Shown here in pieces: positions 1 through 15,134 of a stretch of 64,000 nt of DNA (within the stretch, counting starts at the first letter, position 1; each line of letters starts with the position of its first letter). This stretch comes from Eledone cirrhosa. Its lineage: Eukaryota. The translations under genes and the position numbers were made by a program. The notes under the pieces were generated by a model. It was not told the origin of the DNA, did not search any database, and saw nothing but the letters and a program-made list of their open reading frames with translations. The stretch covers positions 2,728,001-2,792,000 of the forward strand of contig OZ024746.1 of the NCBI GenBank assembly GCA_964016885.1. Reading direction: 5' to 3'.

Positions 1-358
1 CTAATGTTAATAAAAAGAAAAAAGAAAAAGAAAACTGTTGTATGTAATAGATATTTTAGAACATTTAATGTACACTTATCTGAGTTAAAAATAAATCAAT
101 GTTAATTGATATTAGTGTTAAGAGGAGAATGACTTAAAGTTGGCAAGGAAATGTGACCAATTTGTTGAGAGCAAAGGAAATCGAGATGCACTCAATAATC
201 TAAAATAACTTTTAAATATAACTCAGTTATCAAAACTATTTTATGGTTTCCTTGTCTCTTTTTATTTATTTTTGTAAAATATGGATATTGGGCATTAGGT
301 TTGTACTATTTCTGTCTACAATTATTATCATGAAATGTGACTGGAAACCATCTTCATC

Positions 359-690
359 TACTCTCAGGTTCTAAATAATAAGTGGGGGAGGTTGGAATAA
401 GTGGGGGAGGTTGGAAAATCGGTAATTTTTCTAGGTTGTCTCTGTTGCTTTTAAAAAAAAAACAGAATTAGTCGTTTAGTTTACATATTGAGACACCAAC
501 CCATCCTATTTATTTTATAACGTATTTCTTCACTTAACATAAAATTTCGCCTGAGATAGATTAGCAAAATTTAATAAGCAAGTGGTGGTGGTGGTAGGGG
601 GTGGGTGGGGTGAAGAAGAGTTGGGCAGGGTGAAAAAAAACTGAAAAATTAATAAGCAGGGAGAGGGGGAGATTATTGGAGAACTGAGAA
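359..690. mobile_element. Non-autonomous TIR element (MITE, TA-type, Tc1/mariner-like)
   Basis: Left end TACTCTCAGGTTCTAAATAAT and right end ATTATTGGAGAACTGAGA form imperfect TIRs. A reverse-complement copy lies at 30643-30960 and a partial terminus at ~12115-12214. Confidence 0.6.
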
Positions 691-1339
691 AATAGATAAA
701 GGCTGATGTTCCTTGCTTGGATACATGACAGAGGATGTAGTAACATTTAAACTTATTATGGTGAATAACTTAATATCTTATCAGCTAACATATTTCATCA
801 CTTTTATTTTTCATTTCAGTTTAATTTTTCTATGGAAGTATATAAAATGTATACATTATACATGCTTCGACAATTCATGCCACTTTATTTTGTGCATGTA
901 AACATACACAATCTTGTTGTAAAAGTTGTTCTGGGTTAAAACTGATGTTAATGAGAGAAAAAGTGGAGTTTTGAAATATCCCTTTCTCAGAATCTCCTCA
1001 AACCCACTCATAGCAGATTTGTGTTCACTTATTTAGGCATATATACTCTTCATAAACACTGTGTTATATATAGAAGATAGTGGCATTTTGACAAAAAGAA
1101 ACCCAGATTAATCATTACACTGTACAGCTTATGACATAATCTGTTTTGTATATGAAAATTGTTTTGGATAATATCCAAACATGTAACCTTGACTGGACTG
1201 ATATCATTTCAATCTCCTTAAAATCACCCCTGGCCCTTTATGATCATAAATCTTCTAAGAAATTTAGTCAAGAATTCTTCCATTTCAGGGTCTACAAAAT
1301 TAGATATTTGTTTGAATTATTGTTTTGGTGTTTACATGT

Positions 1340-1695
1340 ATATTGTCCCCACCTTCAGTCACCAGTGCCAGACCTAGACTCTAAACAAAACCTCACTATG
1401 TGTGAGAAGAGAAGCCTCCAGGGAGCAGCTAACAAAACTACAGAAGGGACCAGATCAGAAATGAAGACATCAGGTAGTTGGTATCATATCTATCAACTCA
1501 GTATTAAATAAAATGGTTTGGTCACCTGATAAGAATACTAAATTGTGAACCCAGCCTGCAGACATGCTTCACACCCACAGCATGACACTACAACAGGCCT
1601 TTCACTTTACTGCAGATCACCAGCTTTATATCTCCACAATACCTTCCTAGTAAAAGCATCATAACCTCCACCCTCCTCTAATACCTTTAATAAGA
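1340..1695 (+). pseudogene. Highly decayed CR1/L2-like LINE ORF2 C-terminal remnant
   Basis: Fragmentary translations (LTMCEKRSLQG; LHNTLPSKSIITST after frameshifts) resemble the CR1 motifs L..LE.RRLRGD and WN.LP..I. Weak. Confidence 0.3.
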
Positions 1696-1908
1696 ATCCA
1701 TTACCTATTTTCCAGCTGTCAGTAATATTTGATTTTCCAAAAACAAGTTTTTTTTTATAAGAGAATATGAAAATACTGAACCATATATCTAATTTGATTT
1801 ATAACCTACAGCAGTTTATATAAATATTGGCTTCCAGAGCTAGTTGAAGAGAATTGGTGCAGCTTCGGCTCTCTCTCACTCAATATAATAATGTGGCTTT
1901 TTTTTACA

Positions 1909-1910
<2 letters not shown>

Positions 1911-1940
<30 letters not shown>

Positions 1941-1975
1941 TTTACATCTGCTTTTCCCTGCTTGCAAGGGTGGAC
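1911..1975 (-). mobile_element. 5'-truncated 3' tail of SINE family A
   Basis: (CAT)n followed by the reverse complement of CCACCCTTGCAAGCAGGGAAAAGCAGATGTAAA, matching the family A terminus. Confidence 0.8.
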
Positions 1976-2944
1976 ATTACAAATACAAACCCATTACTCA
2001 GACTGCATACATACGTTAATCAGTAAGATAAATGACTTTGTATGGGTATGATATTAGTATATAATCTATACCCAAACTGATCATCAGTTTCTGTGCTCTA
2101 GTCTGTCAACAATAGTTCAACTGATATCACTATTCACAGTAGTTCGGTAATATCAACAGACATAACGTAATTTAGCACTGGATGCATCTCTTCAGAGGCT
2201 GATCGCCTCTCAAGAATGGAAAAGTTTGTTTAAATGACTCATACAGGTCCAGTCACTGCCATCACAACTATAGCAGCCCTAGACATGTAGTGACACGTGA
2301 CCGCTTTCAAAGAGGATGTCAGTCAAATCTAACCACTGTCAGGAACACATTGCTGGGAAATTCGAAAATTGAATATAATCCAAAGCACTCAACCTGGCGA
2401 CTCATGTAAAGAACAGAGGAGCAAAAAGTATAAATAAATCGAACTAGAATAAATAGAAACGTTCGAAACGTTCGACTTAGAATAAGATGCAAGTCCGTAT
2501 ATATATGTGTGTATGTGTATATATGTGTGTGTGTGTATGTGTATATATGTGTGTGTGTGTATGTATGTGTATATATCTGTGTGTATGTATGTATGTGTGT
2601 GTGTGTGTATATATATATGTGTATTTGGGGACAGTTTTGCCAATAAAAACACGCACCACTATTTGACTTTCACTACAGCTTTATTATCATTATTTGTTGG
2701 TTATTCTGTCAGTTCTTTCATCACACATTTTAATGGAGTAAATAGAATAATACCAGGAAGAAGAGACACAGAGGAGAAGAAGAAATAGTCATTGTGGTGG
2801 TGACAGAATCTGTGATGAAAGAGTTTTATCAAAATAACCAACAAATAATGATAATAAAGTTGAAGTGAAACGTAAATAGTGTGTTTCTAATGGCAAAATG
2901 ACAACCCCCAAATATAACAATATTGGTATATATAAATATCTGTA

Positions 2945-3052
2945 AGTGTGTGTATGTATATATATATATATACATATATATATGTATGTATGTATATATA
3001 TAGGTATGTATGTATGTATATATATAGGTATGTATGTATGTATATATATAGG

Positions 3053-3136
<84 letters not shown>

Positions 3137-6100
3137 TGTATGTATATATATATATATAGGTATGTATATATATATATATATATATATAGGTATGTATGTA
3201 TATATGTAGGTATGTATACATATATATATGTAGGTATGTATACATATATATATGTAGGTATGTATACATATATATATGTATGTATGTATATATATAGGTA
3301 TGTATATATATATAGGTATGTATATATATATAGGTATGTATATATATATGTATGTATGTATACATATATATATTTATGTATGTATATATGTAGGTATGTA
3401 TACATATATATATTTATGTATGTATATATGTAGGTATGTATACATATATATATTTATGTATGTATATATGTAGGTATGTATACATATATATATTTATGTA
3501 TGTATATATGTAGGTATGTATACATATATATATTTATGTATGTATGTATGTATATATGTAGGTATGTATACATATATATATTTATGTAGGTATGTATGTA
3601 GGTAGGTAGGTAGGTAGGTATGTATGTTGGCCAGTATATATGTAGGTATGTATATATATATATATATATATATATGTAGGTATGTATATATATATATATA
3701 TATATATATGTAGGTATGTATATATATATATATATATATGTAGGTATGTATGTATATATATATATATGTAGGTATGTATGTATATATATATATATATGTA
3801 GGTATGTATGTATATATATATATATGTAGGTATGTATGTATATATATATATATATGTAGGTATGTATGTATATAATATATATATGTAGGTATGTATGTAT
3901 ATATATATATATATGTAGGTATGTATGTATATATATATATATATGTAGGTATGTATGTATATATATATATATGTAGGTATGTATGTATATATATGTAGGT
4001 ATGTATGTATATATATATATATATGTAGGTATGTATGTATATATATATATATATGTAGGTATGTATGTATATATATATATATATGTAGGTATGTATGTAT
4101 ATATATATATATATGTAGGTATGTATGTATATATATATATATATGTAGGTATGTATGTATATATATATATATATGTAGGTATGTATGTATATATATATAT
4201 ATATGTAGGTATGTATGTATATATATATATATATATGTAGGTATGTATGTATATTATATATATATATGTAGGTATGTATATATATATATATATGTAGGTA
4301 TGTATGTATATATATATATATGTAGGTATGTATGTATATATATATATGTAGGTATGTATGTATATATATATATATATATGTAGGTATGTATGTATATATA
4401 TATATATATGTAGGTATGTATGTATATATATATATATATGTAGGTATGTATGTATATATATATATATATGTAGGTATGTATGTATATATATATATATATG
4501 TAGGTATGTATGTATATATATATATATATGTAGGTATGTATGTATATATATATATATATGTAGGTATGTATGTATATATATATATATATGTAGGTATGTA
4601 TGTATATATATATATATATGTAGGTATGTATGTATATATATATATATATGTAGGTATGTATGTATATATATATATATATGTAGGTATGTATGTATATATA
4701 TTATATATATGTAGGTATGTATGTATGTATATATATATATATATGTAGGTATGTATGTATATATATATATATATATGTAGGTATGTATGTATATATATAT
4801 ATATATGTAGGTATGTATGTATATATATATATATATGTAGGTATGTATGTATATATATATATATATGTAGGTATGTATGTATATATATATATATATGTAG
4901 GTATGTATGTATATATATATATATATGTAGGTAGGTATGTATGTATATATATATATATATGTAGGTATGTATGTATATATATATATATATGTAGGTATGT
5001 ATGTATATATATATATATATGTAGGTATGTATGTATATATATATATATATGTAGGTATGTATGTATATATATATATATATGTAGGTATGTATGTATATAT
5101 ATATATATATGTAGGTATGTATGTATATATATATATATATGTAGGTATGTATGTATATATATATATATATGTAGGTATGTATGTATATATATATATATAT
5201 GTAGGTATGTATGTATATATATATATATATGTAGGTATGTATGTATATATATATATATATGTAGGTATGTATGTATATATATATATATATGTAGGTATGT
5301 ATTGTATATATATATATATATGTAGGTATGTATGTATATATATATATATATATGTAGGTATGTATGTATATATATATATATATATATGTAGGTATGTATG
5401 TATATATATATATATATATATGTAGGTATGTATGTATATATATATATATATATGTAGGTATGTATGTATATATATATATATATATATGTAGGTATGTATG
5501 TATATATATATATATATATGTAGGTATGTATGTATATATATATATATATATGTAGGTATGTATGTATATATATATATATATATGTAGGTATGTATGTATA
5601 TATATATATATATATGTAGGTATGTATATATATATATATATATATATGTAGGTATGTATATATATATATATATATATGTAGGTATGTATATATATATATA
5701 TATGTAGGTATGTATATATATATATATATGTAGGTATGTATATATATATATATATATGTAGGTAGGTATGTATATATATATATATTATGTAGGTATGTAT
5801 ATATATATATATATATATATGTAGGTATGTATATATATATATATATATATATGTAGGTATGTATATATATATATATATATATATATGTAGGTATGTATAT
5901 ATATATATATATATATATGTAGGTATGTATATATATATATATATATGTAGGTATGTATGTATATATATATATATATATATATGTAGGTATGTATGTATAT
6001 ATAATATATATATATATGTAGGTATGTATGTATATATATATATATATATATGTAGGTATGTATGTATATATATATATATATATATGTAGGTATGTATGTA

Positions 6101-7027
6101 TATATATATATATATATATGTAGGTATGTATGTATATATATATATATATATATGTAGGTATGTATATATTATATATATATATGTAGGTATGTATATATAT
6201 ATATATATATATGTAGGTATGTATATATATATATATATGTAGGTATGTATATATATATATATATATGTAGGTAGGTATGTATATATATATATATATATGT
6301 AGGTATGTATATATATATATATATATATGTAGGTATGTATATATATATATATATATATATGTAGGTATGTATGTATATATATATATATATATATGTAGGT
6401 ATGTATGTATATATATATATATATATATGTAGGTATGTATGTATATATATATATATATATATATGTAGGTATGTATGTATATATATATATATATATATAT
6501 GTAGGTATGTATGTATATATATATATATATATATATGTAGGTATGTATATATATATATATATATGTAGGTATGTATATATATATATATATATATGTAGGT
6601 ATGTATATATATATATATATATATATATGTAGGTATGTATATATATATATATATATATGTAGGTATGTATATATATATATATATATGTAGGTATGTATAT
6701 ATATATATATATGTAGGTATGTATATATATATATATATATGTAGGTATGTATATATATATATATGTAGGTATGTATATATATATATATGTAGGTATGTAT
6801 ATATATATATATGTAGGTATGTATATATATATATATATATATGTAGGTATGTATATATATATATATATATGTAGGTATGTATATATATATATATATATGT
6901 AGGTATGTATATATATATATATATATATGTAGGTATGTATATATATATATATATATATATGTAGGTATGTATATATATATATATATATATGTAGGTATGT
7001 ATATATATATATATATATATATGTAGG

Positions 7028-7058
<31 letters not shown>

Positions 7059-7843
7059 GTAGGTATGTATATATATATATATATATATATGTAGGTATGT
7101 ATATATATATATATATATATATGTAGGTATGTATATATATATATATATATATGTAGGTATGTATATATATATATATATATATGTAGGTATGTATATATAT
7201 ATATATATATGTAGGTATGTATATATATATATATATATGTAGGTATGTATATATATATATATATGTAGGTATGTATATATATATATATATATGTAGGTAT
7301 GTATATATATATATATATGTAGGTATGTATATATATATATATATGTAGGTATGTATATATATATATATATATGTAGGTATGTATATATATATATATATAT
7401 GTAGGTATGTATATATATATATATATATGTAGGTATGTATATATATATATATATATGTAGGTATGTATATATATATATGTAGGTATGTATTATATATATA
7501 TATATATATGTAGGTATGTATATATATATATATATATGTAGGTATGTATATATATATTATATATATATATATGTAGGGTATGTATATATATATATATATA
7601 TGTAGGTATGTATATATATATATATATATATGTAGGTATGTATATATATATATATATATATGTAGGTATGTATATATATATATATATATATGTAGGTATG
7701 TATATATATAATATATATATATGTAGGTATGTATATATATATATATATATATATAGGTATGTATATATATATATATATATATGTAGGTATGTATATATAT
7801 ATATGTAGGTATGTATATATATATATATATATATATATGTAGG

Positions 7844-7879
<36 letters not shown>

Positions 7880-7979
7880 GGTATGTATATATATATATAT
7901 ATATATATATGTAGGTATGTATATATATATATATATATATATGTAGGTATGTATATATATATATATATATATATGTAGG

Positions 7980-8017
<38 letters not shown>

Positions 8018-9192
8018 GGTATGTATATATATATATATATATATATGTAGGTATGTATATATATATATATATATATATGTAGGTATGTATATATATATAT
8101 ATATATATATGTAGGTATGTATATATATATATATATATATATGTAGGTATGTATATATATATATATATATATATGTAGGTATGTATATATATATATATAT
8201 ATATATGTAGGTATGTATATATATATATATATATATATGTAGGTATGTATATATATATATATATATATATGTAGGTATGTATATATATATATATATATAT
8301 ATATGTAGGTATGTATATATATATATATATATATATGTAGGTATGTATATATATATATATATATATATGTAAGTATGTATATATATATATATATATATAT
8401 ATGTAGGTATGTATATATATATATATATATATATGTAGGTATGTATATATATATATATATATATATGTAGGTATGTATATATATATATATATATATATGT
8501 AGGTATGTATATATATATATATATATATATGTAGGTATGTATATATATATATATATATATATGTAGGTATGTATATATATATATATATGTAGGTATGTAT
8601 ATATATATATATATGTAGGTATGTATATATATATATATATATATATGTAGGTATGTATATATATATATATATATATATATGTAGGTATGTATATATATAT
8701 ATATATATGTAGGTATGTATATATATATATATGTAGGTATGTATATATATATATATATGTAGGTATGTATATATATATATATATATATGTAGGTATGTAT
8801 ATATATATATATATGTAAGTATGTATATATATATATATATATGTAGGTATGTATATATATATATATATATGTAGGTATGTATATATATATATATATATGT
8901 AGGTATGTATATATATATATATATATGTAGGTATGTATATATATATATATATGTAGGTATGTATATATATATATATGTAGGTATGTATATATATATATAT
9001 ATGTAGGTATGTATATATATATATATGTAGGTATGTATATATGTATATATGTAGGTATGTATATATGTATATATATATATATGTAGGTATGTATATATGT
9101 ATATATATATATATGTAGGTATGTATATATGTATATATATATATATGTAGGTATGTATATATGTATATATATGTAGGTATGTATATATATAT
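2945..9192. repeat. ~6.2 kb compound satellite [GTAGGTAT(GTAT)1-2(AT)n]
   Basis: A constant GTAGGTATGT core is separated by variable-length (AT)n runs. There are homogeneous 30-bp blocks at ~4380-5290. Confidence 0.97.
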
Positions 9193-9397
9193 AAACAAGT
9201 ATATAGATGGAAACATTATCTTTTAAATCCTATTTAATTCTTTACACACGTTTCAAGGGAGTTGTACAGTCAATTATTTGAAATGTTATGAAATAATTCA
9301 TATAATCAATATCTATACAAATGTATTGATATATAGGTATTTATGTACACTTCCTATCTTCAGAGGAATAATGAAATGTATTAAAAAGAATGGGCTT

Positions 9398-9442
<45 letters not shown>

Positions 9443-9444
<2 letters not shown>

Positions 9445-9773
9445 TCATCATCATCATTTCATTTTACGTCCACTTTTCCCTGCTTGCAAGGATGGGACGG
9501 GAACTGATTCTGGCTTGATTTCTACAGCTGGATGCCCTTTTTCATTTACAGTGAGTGCTGGGTGCTTTTTTGCCGTGGGACCTCCACAACCACTTTACAG
9601 TGGAATGATAGGGACTCTAGTCTCTATCATCTCATTTCTACTGCTGAGTAAACTGGAGCAATGTGAAATAAAGTGTCTTGCTCAAGGAAACAACACATCA
9701 CCCGGTCTGAGAATTGAACTCACAACCTTTCGATTGCAAGGCTAATGCTCTAACCACTAAGCCATGTGCCTCC
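9443..9773 (-). mobile_element. tRNA-derived CORE-like SINE, family A (copy 1)
   Basis: On the minus strand: GGAGGCACA, A-box TGGCTTAGTGG, B-box GTTCAATTC, CORE-like CCTTGAGCAAGACACTT...CAGTTTACTCAGC, RTE-derived tail and (ATG)n. Flanked by TA repeats. Confidence 0.92.
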
Positions 9774-9793
9774 ATAAATATATATTTATATAT

Positions 9794-9808
9794 ACAGTTA
9801 TACCTTTG

Positions 9809-9861
<53 letters not shown>

Positions 9862-9889
9862 CACACACACACACACAGTTATACCTTTG

Positions 9890-9955
<66 letters not shown>

Positions 9956-10072
9956 TTATACCTTTGCTATATATATATATATATACACACACACACAGTT
10001 ATACCTTTGCTCTATATATATATATACACACACACACAGTTATACATTTGCTATATATATATATATATATAT
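9794..10072. repeat. Compound minisatellite CAGTTATACCTTTGC-(TA)n-(CA)n, 5 units
   Basis: Direct inspection of the repeat units. Confidence 0.9.
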
Positions 10073-10074
10073 AA

Positions 10075-10267
10075 CGAAGTGTGGTAAGGAACCAGGTGGA
10101 CCATAACGCACCAGAGTACTCGATACTTTGGGTAGTAGAGTGGTTAATAGGAAAAGAGTCAGGACCCCGACGGCAGAGCTCAAGCCGTTTCAACGGCTAT
10201 TTCTGGACTGTCCAGAAATAGCCGTTGAAACGGCTTGAGCTCTGCCGTCGGGGTACTGACTCTTTTC
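10075..10267. mobile_element. Penelope-like pLTR remnant with 58-bp-arm fold-back palindrome (family P1)
   Basis: Arms 10151-10208 and 10210-10267 differ by 1 mismatch. Each arm carries GAA-ACGGC-loop-GCCGT-C, a hammerhead-like 3' half. Homologues at 27510-27685 and 42556-42900. Confidence 0.6.
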
Positions 10268-10607
10268 TAGCATGGAAGAACGGACATAAAACAGTGATAA
10301 TGATGATATGTGTGTGTGTGTGTGTGTGTAGCAGTAATTTGAACTCTTGTTCGGTTATCAGCAAAGTCAGTAAGCAGATGGATATAGTTCTTAACCAAAA
10401 CACTCCAGCCCTTTCAACAGGGTTGGCACTTTCTGCAAAGTTTAGTTCCATGTATCTTTTCAGACTACTTCAGCATTCACACAAACATAACATAATTACA
10501 CTTGATTCTTTATTTTCCTGTGTTATCAAAATAACTTCAATGTAAGTTATTTTATTTCTTTTTTTTGTTTTTTCTGTTGTCAAAATAACTTCAATATAAG
10601 TTATTTC

Positions 10608-10828
10608 TTAACCCTTTAACATTTAAACCGGCTATATCCGGCCAGAATTCTCTCACTTCTTTCTGTTCAAACCAGCTGTAATCGGCCGCTCATACTGATG
10701 TTAAGGTATTGTTCTCAAAATAAATATCAAAATTTCATAGATTTAATATTATGTGAGATAATTATGTAAAGCGTTTACCACAAAAATACAATAGTAGATA
10801 TAGAGTAATGTAAATGCTAAAGGGTTAA
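10608..10828 (+). mobile_element. piggyBac-type MITE, family M1
   Basis: TTAA|CCCTTTAACATTTA ... TAAATGCTAAAGGG|TTAA (TIRs plus TTAA TSD). Reverse-complement copy at 23863-24079. Confidence 0.85.
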
Positions 10829-12783
10829 TAAAAAATATTAAAGTAGCGATGCTTGTTATCGTTCATCAAATATTACTAATGACAGTTTCATTTTCAACCT
10901 TCAACCACTGGCTATGGCAATGAATACAGCCACATATCTTGGTTCACTGAGACACACACAATTCTTTTGCCATAAGTCACAAACTTTCCCACAGCCAACA
11001 ACCATTACTACTTACCAGTGAACAAGGAAACAATACCAACCAGCCTGGCCAAATCTCTCACTACAGTACTAATAATCCCCATTGCTACATATATTCTATT
11101 ATATACCCTGTCTTCTGTCAATGTCTTATGTTTATTGCTGCAGACAATATTCAGTGTAGCTATTGAATAGACTATTGTAGTTAAGACATGGCTGTTGGTA
11201 ACCTGCTTGACTGTTCATCATGGTGGTGGTGGGGGAGAGATGGTAATAAATATGGTGGTGATGGTGGGGATGGCAGTGGTATTAAAGATGGTGTTGGGGG
11301 AGAGATGGTAATGGTAATAAAGATGGTGGGAGTGAGGGGAAATTCATAATTAGTGTAGGTGAGGATGGCAATGTTAAGATGGTGGTGAGATGGCAGTGGT
11401 AATTCAAGATGGTGGTGAGATGGCAGTGGTAATAAAGATGGTGGTGAGATGGTGGTAGGGGTTCTACTATGAATGAAAATATTCAATTAATCATTAGATG
11501 ATTTGTTTACCCTTTTGAACAATATCTTGGAGTAAAGTAAGATGTTTGGTCTAATATTGATTGAAAGAATCACCAGCAGACAACAGTATCTTGATACACA
11601 ACCTTGGTACTATACTAGGTCGCACAAAAGAACATTGTTGAAACTTCCATGACATGTTTCTTGTTTATTTTCCTTATTTTCATTCCTTGTCAGCAGATAT
11701 ATTATTTGGTATTAAGTCCAACCACTGTATGTTGTTGTTATTATTTTTATTACTTCAAATACACTTCCAGTGTAGCACTAATTAGCTGCTGTTCATGTAT
11801 ATTGGATATGTAAGATGTGCAGCTATTTGCTGCAACAGCAACATGCATTTAAAAAAACAAAAAAAACAAGATTAAACTTATTTTGGATATAGTATTTGTT
11901 GAATGTGTAAATAAAAGCAGCAAATTGTAGCATTGTAGTAGTAGTAGTAGTAATAGTTGTTGTTGTTGTAGTAGTAGTAGTCACAGTAGTAGTAGTAGTT
12001 GTAGAGTTGTAGTAGTGGTAGTAGTAGCTGTATGAGGAATTGAATTGCTAAAATGGTGGATTATTTATCAAAGAATCAGAGGTTTAAACTCTGGCACAGA
12101 TCATGTTATACTCTCATTAATTTTTCAGATTTTTTCTAAACCCCTCTCCCTCCAACTCTTATTCCAACTTTCCCACTTATTCCACCCCTCTCCCTTATTT
12201 GGGACCCAAGAGTAATTATTTTGTCTTTGTGTAAGTGGTAGGCAAAACATCAATAAATTATTATACTTATAATACAGTAATCTAGTTTATATGCATTATT
12301 CAATATGTGCCAATCATAAGAATGCAAATCTTCACCGATATAATATTGATCATTAATCATATATAACTGTCTTTATGGCTCTGTATTACTTGCTATTTCT
12401 GATCTCCTATCACATAAAGAACTTACCAGTTCTTATCATAGACCCTCCATAGATTTGCACCTAGTAAGTTCTCCAGGGCAAAAGCCTGGACAAGAGTTTT
12501 TGTGGAAGACCAAAATTCATCCATGCATGCCTGTCTCCATGCCACCAATGTTGTCCAAGGTCAATACGGCTTGGCACTGATGATGTAATTTATATTTTCC
12601 AGGTGAGTTGACTGGAGTAGCGTGAAATAATGTCTTGCTCAAGAACACAAGAGTTGGGGACCTTTGAACCCCAGGCTATTGCAATATCTGCTCCTTATTC
12701 TGGATGTGAAGTATGGGACTTTTGGCACTACACAGTTGTCCTGTCCATGCGCTGGTCCAGGTTTCAATCCACCACCTATATAT

Positions 12784-12955
12784 AGGCGCAGTCATTGTTC
12801 AGTGGTTAAGAAGTTCATTTAACAAGCAATTCGTTTCAAACTCAATCACTCTGAGTAGCAATTTAAGGTAGTGTCTTCCTCTTTAGCTCTGTGTCAATCA
12901 ATGCTTGTGAATGAATTTCATAGACAGAAACTCTGAACAAGTGTGTGTGTGTGTA
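12784..12955 (+). mobile_element. Degenerate tRNA-derived SINE, family C (5' part)
   Basis: GGCGCAG...AGTGGTTAAG head, GTGTCTTC...GCTTGTGAATGAATTT...AGACAGAAAC, then (GT)n. Same family as 60770-61438 and 62910-63050. Confidence 0.55.
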
Positions 12956-15134
12956 CATCTTCATAGTTGTGGGAATTTTGTCACCTTATAAAGAAATCCA
13001 TGTTTTGTCATTGATATTTTCTCCATTCACAGATCTTTTTTTTTCTTTAGCTAATGATGGTTGGCTCAGTCGTCTAGCTATCACATTATTTAACATAATC
13101 AATAGCCTGTAGCTTTTAAATCATTTTGTAATGTTGTAGGGGGGTATTATCAGCTGAATAACTAAATTGACAGCTAACACATGAAATCTATAGTGGGATT
13201 ATGAGACAGGTCTAGATCCAACTATGACATTTCATTCAACAACCCAACCATTGAACAATAAAATGTAGGTTGGCTTTTTCCTATTGTTAAATACTCCACT
13301 GTATGTAGAAGTGGAACATGATTTTCAAGGATCAGTTCTCAGCCTGATCTTGTTCATTATAGTCCTTTAGTAAATAGTTACATGTTTTGTTTAAAACTGT
13401 GATACAGATGCTGTCGTAAGACTTCTACTTATAATATGATCCACATATATGGTCAGTAATCCAATACATCAATTGTACTTCTAATTTGATATATTCAGGG
13501 TAGGTAATAAAGAACTCCCACATTTTTTTATATCCCTTCAAAATGTGGGAGATATTTATGCCCCACCCTGTAGTTATTAAAGATATTATTTAAGATACTA
13601 GTACAATTACCAATCATGTTCTGAGTTAGCTCTAATCAACTGTAAACCAGTATCTGGAGTCCCGAAAATAGTCCAGTATTTTCTTCAACATTCTGGCAAC
13701 TTTCTGGCAACACATGATGCCAAACTGTATTAGTCTTTGGTCAACAATAGTATTGTAGAGAGAGGAAAGTTATTCCAAGGCAACTATCAATCTTTCATAC
13801 AACCTTGGACAGACTTGTGTCCTGGAGAAAATGCTCTGTCATCTTACAATACACTACCAACACACTGAAGTAAGACTTTCCAGATCCAGAGTTATACAGC
13901 TACAAGATGAAGAAAGTAGAAATTAAATGATATTCTAAGAAAGGCAATACCATTTATAATTTCAAAAATGCTAATTTATAAAAAAAATTTGTTGTTTCCT
14001 TGTTTGAATAATTTACTTGTTTTAAGGATATCTTTTATATATTTGAATAATGTATGGCTTATTAATGCAGATATTGTGAATTTGGATGTTTATAGTTGTT
14101 TGTAGATGATTGTTTAATATATTAACAAGTTAAAATGTTTTTTGCATATAAATATCTTTCATAAACTGAACGAATAATTTTAGTGTGTTGGATCATGTGG
14201 TGTTCCAGATTTGTCCAAACCATATTAGCATAAGGAAACATGTAAAATAGATTGTGTGTGCCTATGTGTACATGCATGCTTGTGTGCAAGTATACTTGCA
14301 TGTGTATGTGTGCTTATGTTTGTGTGCATGCATACATGTAAATGCTGTCATACCTGTGTGTGTGTGTCACATTTTTAACCCAAGATGAGTGTTTGCTGGC
14401 AAGATAAATCATTTAAAAAGGAAACAAAACTACTGGAATTTTAAATTAACCCCCCCCCCCCCTAATGTAGTTTCAATGGTTCTCAATAAATGGAATAGTA
14501 TGTTTGGACAGGTAGAAAAACATTTGGAAAGTAGAAATATGGAATATGTGTGTGTGTGTGTGTGTATAAATGTATTGTGTGTGTGTAAATGTATTGTGTG
14601 TATGTGTAAATGCATTGAGGATGTGTATGCGTGTGTAAATATGTTCTGTGAGTATTGAGAGAGAGAGGATAACCTATAGTAAAGAGCATATAAATCAATA
14701 TAATTACGTCAATATGGTTTTTAAAGACTATTCAGGTCCACTGGCAGGTACAGTGATGTACAGTAAATTCTCTTTAAACCTGTATAAAAACCAAATCAGT
14801 TATTTAAATATATTTGGAAAGAGGACAGTTTCAGAACACACAACACACTGGACTATTTCAATGTTATAATTTCTCATTTCAAATCCTGATTGAGTGAACT
14901 TTCCTCTTAGTTCAACTGTCTCTCCTTAGTTAAGTGTTTATATTATAGGAAGTCAAGACATAGTTAGTTTCTCACCACCACCACCATCATCATCACAGTC
15001 ACCACCATCATCATCATCATTCTATGTCTTCTTTTTCTGCTGGTGTTGGTTGGACTGGTTGCCACAATCCAAATCTATTCTTATTCATATATATATATAT
15101 ATATGTATATGTATATGAATAACTATATATATAT

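Noticed and set aside
2150-2205. Possible minus-strand hammerhead (CTGAAGA)
   Set aside because: GAAA is replaced by TAAA and the stems are weak. The region may instead be a decayed mariner HTH remnant, which is also unsupported.
2829-9216. Long Y/I/H/T-rich ORFs (up to 1015 aa)
   Set aside because: They are translations of TA-based satellite with no coding signature.
3640-10072. CRISPR-like constant repeat with variable spacers
   Set aside because: The spacers are only (TA)n or (CA)n length variants, the context is eukaryotic, and there are no cas genes.
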